From an uncultured archaeon (GTDB lineage Archaea; Iainarchaeota; Iainarchaeia; Iainarchaeales; 0-14-0-20-30-16), in contig CAZQQS010000009.1 of the NCBI GenBank assembly GCA_964595665.1, forward strand, positions 4,373 through 14,186: a DNA stretch of 9,814 nt. The letters run 5' to 3'. Shown piece after piece: positions 1-5,438 of the stretch (position 1 is its first letter; each line of letters opens with the position of its first letter). The notes beneath the pieces are model-generated. The model worked only from the letters and a program-made list of their open reading frames with translations. It was not told the DNA's origin and made no database searches. The position numbers were made by a program, and so were the translations under genes.

Positions 1-1
1 C

Positions 2-133
2 TTAATTATAGGCTTAATATTATATTTTATATTTAGGCCTAAAAAGGAGTTAGATTTTATCACTATAATTCCTAATAATAGCTCAAATAATTCTGATAGT
101 CCTAGTATAGATCAAATATTTAAACAGATATAA
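2..133 (+). CDS. 3' end of a gene entering from the left edge; hypothetical protein C-terminal fragment (LIIGLILYFIFRPKKELDFITIIPNNSSNNSDSPSIDQIFKQI*)
   Basis: Hand translation of frame 2 is open from the window edge to TAA at 131-133. It shows a hydrophobic TM-like stretch, then a basic RPKK and a polar tail. It is convergent with the 150..923 gene across a 16-nt gap. Only 43 codons are visible, so support is weak. Confidence 0.35.
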   Translation, partial: LIIGLILYFIFRPKKELDFITIIPNNSSNNSDSPSIDQIFKQI

Positions 134-149
134 TTGTATTTGTATTATT

Positions 150-923
150 TTATCTAATATATGTTGGTTTAGCTTCATTTTCAGTTATTTTTGAGCTTTC
201 TGCAACTTGTTTTAATTCTTTAACAACTTGTTTAAAAGCTTTAGATATTTTTTCAGCTTCTTGTTCTATTTCTTTCATATCAAATTTGAATTTAAAATAT
301 TTTTGTACAAATAATAATGTTTTTTTAGCACTTTCAAAATCACCATATATTTTTGCAGACGTTTCGCTTAACAAACAAGCACTAGGTATATTTAATTGTT
401 CACACTCTATTAATATTAATCCTGCAATTCCAGAAATAGTGGTATTTTCTGAAACTACTTTAATATATTTAGTTAGTTCTGAATCCTTATAATATTTATT
501 TTTTGCAAAATGAATTTCTGGATTCTTAGTAATTCTACTATCTCCTAAATTCATGCCTGCAAAAGAATAAACTTCTTTAGCATTAATTCTTTTTAAAAAT
601 TGAGCAATTTCTTTTGCAAATATATAATGATGTGGAAAAGAATTTATAGAATCTAAATTAGGTTGGAAATCTCCACCAATAAAAATATAATCTTGAGTTT
701 TAGATTTGTATAAATGAATTTCATTTTGAGAGATTTTTGCCAAACCTTTCTTATCTATAAAAACCATTGGTGGAAAAAAATCTCCAGATATTTTTCCAAT
801 TTCTTTAGCTTTCAATTTGTTTGTTAAAGTATCTAAAACTATTTTTCCAACTAATCCCAAACCTGGTAAACCAATAAATACTATTGGGTTTTTAATATTT
901 TTAGTTTGGCAAGTTATTTCCAT
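150..923 (-). CDS. PAC2-family proteasome assembly chaperone (archaeal PbaA/PbaB-like, COG1938 type)
   Basis: 257-aa ORF. The N-terminal PIVFIGLPGLGLVGKIVLDTL matches the G-[FL]-P-G-x-G-x-V-G opening signature of PAC2 proteins. Size is typical, and there is a long charged helical C-terminal tail ending PTYIR. The ATG lies 4 nt after the aIF-2 alpha stop. Confidence 0.8.
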   Translation of the reverse strand: MEITCQTKNIKNPIVFIGLPGLGLVGKIVLDTLTNKLKAKEIGKISGDFFPPMVFIDKKGLAKISQNEIHLYKSKTQDYIFIGGDFQPNLDSINSFPHHYIFAKEIAQFLKRINAKEVYSFAGMNLGDSRITKNPEIHFAKNKYYKDSELTKYIKVVSENTTISGIAGLILIECEQLNIPSACLLSETSAKIYGDFESAKKTLLFVQKYFKFKFDMKEIEQEAEKISKAFKQVVKELKQVAESSKITENEAKPTYIR

Positions 924-927
924 ACTC

Positions 928-931
928 TCAC
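928..931 (-). promoter_or_regulatory. GTGA Shine-Dalgarno-like element containing the aIF-2 alpha TGA stop, 4 nt upstream of the PAC2 ATG
   Basis: The minus strand reads AAAAGTGAGAGTATG. GTGA is complementary to the UCAC of the archaeal 16S 3' end (AUCACCUCC). Confidence 0.5.
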
Positions 932-1689
932 TTTTCTCTTTTTATATCTATAGTTCCTAATTTAGAGAAATATTTTTGTAAATAGTCATTAATGGTTGCA
1001 AAATATTTTTCAATTGTTTTATAATCTTTAGCTTCAGTTTTAACCATATATTTACCATTACCTTGGTATTTTATTGTACTAATAACATTTTTATCTTTTG
1101 GTAAATCTTTAAATCCTTTTTTAATCAAATTTAATCCGTCTTCTTTTTGGGTTTCAATTTTAACAATTTGAATAATGCTTTTATCATTAATTGTAACATT
1201 TTTATCAATTATATCAAATAAAACTTCTCTATATTCTTTAGGAATATCTTCAAAGAAATCTTTTCCATTTCTTTTTAATTCTTGGAAACCTTCTAATACT
1301 GTATTGTATTTTGTTAAAATTGGTTCTGTAATTTTATCCCAGATTTTATCTAAATCTAAATTTAATTCTTTTGCAACTAAACTTAATAATTGTTGAACTC
1401 TTTTTGTTTGTCTCCATTCAGATAATCTTTGTTCTTCTTTAGCTTTTGGCACCATTGCAAAAGATAAGTTAACTTGGTTTTTTTCAAAATTAATATATAT
1501 TACTTTTGCAACTCTAATTTGATTATTTTTTACAAAGTTTCTAATATTTTTAACCCAACGAGCAGCAACTTGTCCCAAAGGTATAAACCCTTTTTGTCCA
1601 GGGTATTCTTCTAATTTAACTTCTACACCATAATCTAATATTTTTTCAACAGTACAAACAACAAACTCGTCTCTTTCAGGTAAATTCAT
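928..1689 (-). CDS. eif2a: Translation initiation factor aIF-2 alpha subunit
   Basis: 253-aa ORF. The N-terminal S1/OB domain (LPERDEFVVCTVEKILDYGVEVKLEEYPGQKGFIPLGQVAARWVKNIRNFVK) is near-textbook aIF-2 alpha, followed by the helical and alpha-beta C-terminal domains at the right length. Confidence 0.92.
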   Translation of the reverse strand: MNLPERDEFVVCTVEKILDYGVEVKLEEYPGQKGFIPLGQVAARWVKNIRNFVKNNQIRVAKVIYINFEKNQVNLSFAMVPKAKEEQRLSEWRQTKRVQQLLSLVAKELNLDLDKIWDKITEPILTKYNTVLEGFQELKRNGKDFFEDIPKEYREVLFDIIDKNVTINDKSIIQIVKIETQKEDGLNLIKKGFKDLPKDKNVISTIKYQGNGKYMVKTEAKDYKTIEKYFATINDYLQKYFSKLGTIDIKREK

Positions 1690-1693
1690 ATAA

Positions 1694-1697
1694 TCAC
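1694..1697 (-). promoter_or_regulatory. GTGA(T) Shine-Dalgarno-like element containing the GINS TGA stop, 4 nt upstream of the aIF-2 alpha ATG
   Basis: The minus strand reads AAAGTGATTATATG. Confidence 0.5.
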
Positions 1698-2236
1698 TTT
1701 ATTTCTTTTCCAATCTCTTTTTTAATAAATATTTTTGCTATAGACTCTATTAATTCAATTTCAGAATCTTTTTCATAAGGGCCATATTCTTTCATATCTG
1801 TTCCAATAAATTTTGGAACATCTTGTAATATCTTTAGTTTTACAACTTTTTTAGATATTTCTTCTATTTGGTCTTCAAAAGAACCTTTTACTAACATTTG
1901 ATAACTATGTAAAATATTTATTAATTTATAATAAATTTTTTGTTCTTCTAAAATCATATTTTTAATGTCATCTTCATTTGTTTTTATTTTCAATATTGCT
2001 TTATTTATAATTTTTTTCTCTCGCCAAGAAACTATATCTAATAACATATTTTTCATATTTTGTATTTTTCTAATAACTGAATCATCAAGATTTTTTTTCA
2101 TATCTTGTAATTTTGTTTTTTCTTCTTCGATAAATTCAGGAATTTCACTAAAAAAGTCATTATCGATTTTTACTAATTCTGTAGAATCTTTTTCTTGTCT
2201 ATGAATACTTCTAATAAGTTCATAAGATAATTTCAT
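1694..2236 (-). CDS. gins15: DNA replication complex GINS subunit, Gins51 (Gins15) type
   Basis: The A-domain begins YELIRSIHRQEKDSTELVKIDNDFFSEIPEFI. The C-terminal B-domain is LKILQDVPKFIGTDMKEYGPYEKDSEIELIESIAKIFIKKEIGKEI, the typical V-P-x-F-x-G-x-D-x-x-x-YGP-[FY] pattern. The gene sits beside priS, as is known for gins15. I moved the start to the internal ATG at 2236-2234 (M26 of the 205-aa track ORF), because GGGTG lies 6 nt upstream of it and the extra 25 residues lie inside priS. This gives 180 aa. Confidence 0.8.
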   Translation of the reverse strand: MKLSYELIRSIHRQEKDSTELVKIDNDFFSEIPEFIEEEKTKLQDMKKNLDDSVIRKIQNMKNMLLDIVSWREKKIINKAILKIKTNEDDIKNMILEEQKIYYKLINILHSYQMLVKGSFEDQIEEISKKVVKLKILQDVPKFIGTDMKEYGPYEKDSEIELIESIAKIFIKKEIGKEIK

Positions 2237-3449
2237 TTCCAGCACCCTTTGCAAGCAAATATAGGCCAATTTCATAAGGTAGTTCGACAATTTCATTGTC
2301 GTAAGGGCCATAATATTCCTTATTTAATAATAACTTTGGAACTTTTTTTAAATGAATCTTTATGGTTTTTTCATTTGAAGGCAATTTAGCATCCCTAAAT
2401 GGGGAGAAATCATCCAATTTATCCAAATCTATGTCTTTGGCTAATAACATTGCTCCTCCATGAATAGTATTGGGAACTCTTAAGATTTTGTAAATGTCTA
2501 TTGTTGTTTGCCTATCAATATACAATTTTTGTTTTTCTTTTATTGATTCTAAAGCAAAATACCATAAGTCTTCTGAATTGGCTTTTAATTTATAAAACTC
2601 ATTTTTGTCTAAAAGTTCTAATATAGCCAATTTATTTTTTATTAATTTATTAAATACAATTTTAGAGGTATCTTCTGGAAAATACTCTTCTAATTTTTGA
2701 ATCTCTGAATTATTAATTATTGTTTTTACCAAATTCAAATATTTTATTCCTTTACCATAGTTTAATCCTGTGTAAACTAAACTACCTTTATTATTTTCTA
2801 CAAATCCTAATTCTTTAAAATTTAATCCTGCTTCAGAAACATAATCTATTAATTCTAATCTTTCATTTTTTTTCAAGTGTTTTATTTTATTTGAAGAAAT
2901 ATAAACATGATATCCTTTATGTCCAGAGAAATTAATTTGTAATTCTTCTTCTGTAAATCCTAATTCATCTATTAATATTTTAATTAATCTTTTTGTTTGT
3001 TTTTTTGTTGCATTTAAACATTGGTCACAAACCCACTCACTTAATTTAGTTTTCATATTACATTCTGGGCATTTCATTATATGACCTTTTCCTTCCGCAC
3101 CACATTTTTCGCAATACCAAGAATCATGTATTTTCTTACAAGCTGTAGGAATATCGTCAGCATCAAATTCAAACATAAAATCGCTTTCCAACATATTTTT
3201 TGCAGTAGTTGGGGATGCATCTGGGAATTCATATTTTCCAATTGATTTTGATAAATAAAAAGGAATCTTATTTCTTAAAAAATCGTTTAAATCATAATTG
3301 TCTTTAAATTGAATATTTCGATTAGCAATTTTTTTGTTGTAAACTCCATATCCAAATTCATATTTTTCTATATCCTTAAGTTCTATAAAGGTTTTAGTAT
3401 AATAGTCCTTTATTTTAGAGGTTAAATATTCCTCTGCTTTAATAATCAT
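2220..3449 (-). CDS. priS: DNA primase small (catalytic) subunit PriS
   Basis: 409-aa ORF containing the archaeo-eukaryotic primase motifs. Motif I is FMFEFDADD (D96/D98). The Zn knuckle is CEKC...CPEC, plus CDQC (C113-C144, about 3018-3113). Motif II is FSGHKGYHVY and motif III is LRVPNTIHGG. The C-terminal domain resembles a GINS B-domain. Confidence 0.93.
   Translation of the reverse strand: MIIKAEEYLTSKIKDYYTKTFIELKDIEKYEFGYGVYNKKIANRNIQFKDNYDLNDFLRNKIPFYLSKSIGKYEFPDASPTTAKNMLESDFMFEFDADDIPTACKKIHDSWYCEKCGAEGKGHIMKCPECNMKTKLSEWVCDQCLNATKKQTKRLIKILIDELGFTEEELQINFSGHKGYHVYISSNKIKHLKKNERLELIDYVSEAGLNFKELGFVENNKGSLVYTGLNYGKGIKYLNLVKTIINNSEIQKLEEYFPEDTSKIVFNKLIKNKLAILELLDKNEFYKLKANSEDLWYFALESIKEKQKLYIDRQTTIDIYKILRVPNTIHGGAMLLAKDIDLDKLDDFSPFRDAKLPSNEKTIKIHLKKVPKLLLNKEYYGPYDNEIVELPYEIGLYLLAKGAGNEIIL
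2243..2247 (-). promoter_or_regulatory. GGGTG Shine-Dalgarno element for the GINS gene, embedded in the 3' end of priS
   Basis: The minus strand reads AAAGGGTGCTGGAAATG, with a 6-nt spacer to the ATG at 2236. Confidence 0.5.
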
Positions 3450-3464
3450 ATAGAAATAGGAAAG

Positions 3465-3479
3465 AATATATATAAATAA
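3465..3479. promoter_or_regulatory. Back-to-back TATA block shared by divergent priS and the pyruvate-kinase homologue
   Basis: AATATATATAAATAA is the only TATA-like element in the 44-bp spacer 3450-3493. The positions about 26 nt upstream of each ATG (around 3467 for the plus gene, around 3475 for the minus gene) both fall inside it. Neither ATG has an SD, which suggests leaderless mRNAs. Confidence 0.5.
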
Positions 3480-3493
3480 GTTATCAATATATC

Positions 3494-4210
3494 ATGTCAA
3501 AAACTAAAATAATTGCAACTTTGGGGCCTTCAAGTAGTTCTTTGGAAATAATTGAAAAGCTTATTAAAAATGGAGCAGATATTTTTAGAATTAATACTAA
3601 ATATGGTTCAGAAGAAGAATATTTGCAATTAATTGATAGTATTAATTTGGCAAAGAAAAAATTGAATAAAAAAACTAAAATTCTTTTTGATATTAAAAAT
3701 CAAAAATTAATTCCATTTTTGCGAGAAATAAAATTTGATTATTTGGCTGTTGCATTTGCAGAATCAAAACAACAAATTAATGCAATTAAAAAAAAGTTAA
3801 AAAATGATAAAATTAAAATTATTTCTAAGATTGAGACTAAGAAAGGTTTTAAGAATTTAAGCGAATTAATTAATTGTTCTTTTGGCATTATGGTTGCCAG
3901 AGGCGATTTAGGTAAAAATGTTCCGTTACAAAAATTGCCAATTTATCAAAAAGAAATTATTTCTATTTGCAATAAGAAAAATGTTTTTGTTATTACTGCT
4001 ACAGAAATGCTTTTGTCAATGCAATTTAATAAATTGCCTACAAAAGCAGAAGTTACAGATGTTGCAAATGCTGTTTTAGATGGTTCCAATGCAATAATGC
4101 TTTCTGAAGAAACTACTATTGGTAAATATCCTGAATTGGCAGTTAAATTTATGGATAAAATTATTTTAGAAATTGAAAAATGGAATAAAAAATTTAATTG
4201 TCTGGAATGA
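3494..4210 (+). CDS. pyk: Pyruvate kinase homologue reduced to the A-domain (beta/alpha)8 barrel; lacks the B (lid) and C (regulatory) domains
   Basis: 238 aa. SKTKIIATLGPSS, GADIFRINTKYG, ILFDIKNQ, KIISKIETKKG, GIMVARGDLG, VITATEMLLSM, PTKAEVTDVANAVLDGSNAIMLSEETTIGKYP are collinear with the PK signatures KTKIvcTiGP, mRLNFSHG, LDTKGPEIR, iISKIEn.eG, GIMVARGDLG, atQML.SM and PTRAE..DVANAvlDG.D.vMLSGEta.GkYP. The roughly 100-aa B domain between DxK and the next barrel strand is replaced by a few residues. The ORF stops just after barrel helix 8. Confidence 0.85.
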   Translation: MSKTKIIATLGPSSSSLEIIEKLIKNGADIFRINTKYGSEEEYLQLIDSINLAKKKLNKKTKILFDIKNQKLIPFLREIKFDYLAVAFAESKQQINAIKKKLKNDKIKIISKIETKKGFKNLSELINCSFGIMVARGDLGKNVPLQKLPIYQKEIISICNKKNVFVITATEMLLSMQFNKLPTKAEVTDVANAVLDGSNAIMLSEETTIGKYPELAVKFMDKIILEIEKWNKKFNCLE

Positions 4211-4874
4211 AAAACTTAATTATAAATAATGCAATTCCCACAATCAAAAATATAACTCCATAAGTTAATAATGTATTAGTAAAATTTGAAAGTATAGTAG
4301 TAATTAAAGAACCAAATTCTGGAAGTTTTTCTAAAATTAAATTATTTAAAGTATATTTTGTAACAAAAGTAAATATTATTATTGGGATTGTTGCAATTAT
4401 TAAATTTGTAGATAGCCAAGAAACTATTTCTTTTGGATTTCTTGAGAATATACTTACTATTCCGATTAAAAGGATCGCTAAGATTAATCCAAGTATTCCT
4501 ATTAATCGTCCAATACTGTAACTTGATTTTAATTTATTTAAAGTTTCGGATAAATTACTTTGAAAAGAATTTAATAATAAATTTGATTCCATGGTATTTC
4601 CAGAAACATTTATATCTAATCGTTTATCTTTTATAAAATCTATACTCTGAGAGACGTATATTTTTATGCTCAAAATAATGTCTTCTTTTACCATTGTGTT
4701 TAAGTCTATTGGAACATCTTCAAAAAGGTTTTCTGAATAATTATCTACTAATGTTTGATATGGTTCAGCAACAATTAAAGTATTATCTAAAACTAACCAA
4801 GTTAATGCTGTAGAAAATCCTACTATAAAAAAGAACCCAAATATTGCAAACAAAAACTTTTTTAAGAAATTCAT
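4194..4874 (-). CDS. Hypothetical integral membrane protein (N-terminal TM, extracytoplasmic region of about 110 aa, three C-terminal TMs)
   Basis: 226-aa ORF with clear hydrophobic segments (FLFAIFGFFFIVGFSTALTWLVL; LIGILGLILAILLIGIVSIF; LIIATIPIIIFTFV; LLTYGVIFLIVGIALFIIKFF). I recognise no family. Its 3' end overlaps the pyk homologue by 17 nt. Confidence 0.7.
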   Translation of the reverse strand: MNFLKKFLFAIFGFFFIVGFSTALTWLVLDNTLIVAEPYQTLVDNYSENLFEDVPIDLNTMVKEDIILSIKIYVSQSIDFIKDKRLDINVSGNTMESNLLLNSFQSNLSETLNKLKSSYSIGRLIGILGLILAILLIGIVSIFSRNPKEIVSWLSTNLIIATIPIIIFTFVTKYTLNNLILEKLPEFGSLITTILSNFTNTLLTYGVIFLIVGIALFIIKFFIPDN

Positions 4875-4892
4875 AAAATATGTATAACAGGC

Positions 4893-4903
4893 AAATATTT
4901 AAA
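4893..4903. promoter_or_regulatory. Central A/T palindromic TATA block in the 49-bp divergent spacer 4875-4923
   Basis: AAATATTTAAA. The expected TATA centres for leaderless transcripts starting at ATG 4924 (+) and ATG 4874 (-) are about 4897 and about 4900, both inside this block. There is no SD before either ATG. Confidence 0.4.
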
Positions 4904-4923
4904 CTTTACATTGTTTTATACTT

Positions 4924-5112
4924 ATGAATAAAATAAGTAGAATAATTACAGGATTAGTATTTATACTTGGCAGTTTAGCATTAATAATTTATTCTTTTTT
5001 AAGTGCAAAAATTGATTATGTCTCAATAGTTTTTGGTTTTGGCATATTAATTTTAGGACTGTTTATATTTTTTAACAAAGATGAAGATAAAATTGAAAAA
5101 GCAAAAGGGTGA
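4924..5112 (+). CDS. Small hypothetical 2-TM membrane protein
   Basis: 62-aa ORF with two hydrophobic helices (IITGLVFILGSLALIIYSFL; VSIVFGFGILILGLFIFF) and a charged tail. It is first in an operon, and its TGA stop lies inside the SD of the next gene. Confidence 0.55.
   Translation: MNKISRIITGLVFILGSLALIIYSFLSAKIDYVSIVFGFGILILGLFIFFNKDEDKIEKAKG
5107..5112 (+). promoter_or_regulatory. GGGTGA Shine-Dalgarno element containing the upstream TGA stop, 4 nt before the YbjQ-family ATG
   Basis: The sequence is AAAAGGGTGAAATTATG. Confidence 0.55.
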
Positions 5113-5116
5113 AATT

Positions 5117-5434
5117 ATGTTATTGGCAACTATAGATGAAATACCTGGGAAAAAAATTGATAAGATTTTGGGTGTAGTAAAAGGAAGTACTGTAAGATCA
5201 AGAAATGTTGGTCGAGATATTGGTGCGAGTTTTAAAAGTATTATTGGTGGAGAAATTAAAACTTATACTGAAATGACTATTGATGCGAGAGAAGAGGCAT
5301 TTAATAGAATGATAAATGAAGCTGTTAAATTAAAAGCAGATGCTATTGTAGGTATAAAATTTAATACTTCTATGGTAATGCAAGGTGCATCAGAAATGTT
5401 AGCTTATGGCACAGCAGTAAAACTAAAGAAGTGA
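5117..5434 (+). CDS. YbjQ/UPF0145 family protein (putative heavy-metal-binding domain family)
   Basis: LATIDEIPGKKIDKILGVVKGSTVRSRNVGRDIGASFKSIIGGEIKTYTEMTIDAREEAFNRMINEAVKLKADAIVGIKFNTS...GTAVKL aligns along its whole length with E. coli YbjQ-type proteins. I moved the start to ATG 5117 (M13 of the track ORF), which is SD-preceded and does not overlap the upstream gene. This gives 105 aa. Confidence 0.9.
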   Translation: MLLATIDEIPGKKIDKILGVVKGSTVRSRNVGRDIGASFKSIIGGEIKTYTEMTIDAREEAFNRMINEAVKLKADAIVGIKFNTSMVMQGASEMLAYGTAVKLKK

Positions 5435-5435
5435 T
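5431..5435 (+). promoter_or_regulatory. GTGAT Shine-Dalgarno-like element containing the YbjQ-family TGA stop, 4 nt before the tmk TTG start
   Basis: The sequence is AAGTGATATTTTG. Confidence 0.5.
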
Positions 5436-5438
5436 ATT

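Noticed and set aside
286-492. 68-aa plus-strand ORF inside the PAC2 gene
   Set aside because: It is a shadow ORF on the opposite strand of a confidently assigned gene. It has no start context and no recognisable features.
1175-1396. 73-aa plus-strand ORF inside the aIF-2 alpha gene
   Set aside because: It is a shadow ORF antisense to a high-confidence conserved gene.
1965-2204. 79-aa plus-strand ORF inside the GINS gene
   Set aside because: It is the Phe/Ile/Ser-rich mirror of a Lys/Glu-rich coding frame, so it is a shadow ORF.
2237-2311. N-terminal 25 residues of the 205-aa track ORF (start at 2311) for the GINS gene
   Set aside because: That extension lies wholly within the priS coding sequence, has no SD, and adds non-homologous sequence. 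The internal ATG at 2236 has GGGTG 6 nt upstream, and the GINS homology begins there.
3494-4210. Possibility that the short pyruvate kinase is a pseudogene or assembly-truncated fragment
   Set aside because: The B-domain loss is an in-frame replacement, and the recognisable catalytic and metal-ligand residues are intact. The frame is uninterrupted, with a promoter at the right distance. The downstream space is occupied by an overlapping convergent gene, so no C-domain remnant exists.
4433-4636. 67-aa plus-strand ORF inside the 4-TM membrane protein gene
   Set aside because: It is fully nested antisense to a longer ORF with coherent TM topology and a promoter. It has no signals of its own.
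5081-5116. N-terminal 12 residues of the 117-aa track ORF for the YbjQ-family gene
   Set aside because: The extension overlaps the upstream small-TM gene and precedes the family homology. ATG 5117 is preceded by GGGTGA at the standard 4-nt spacing.
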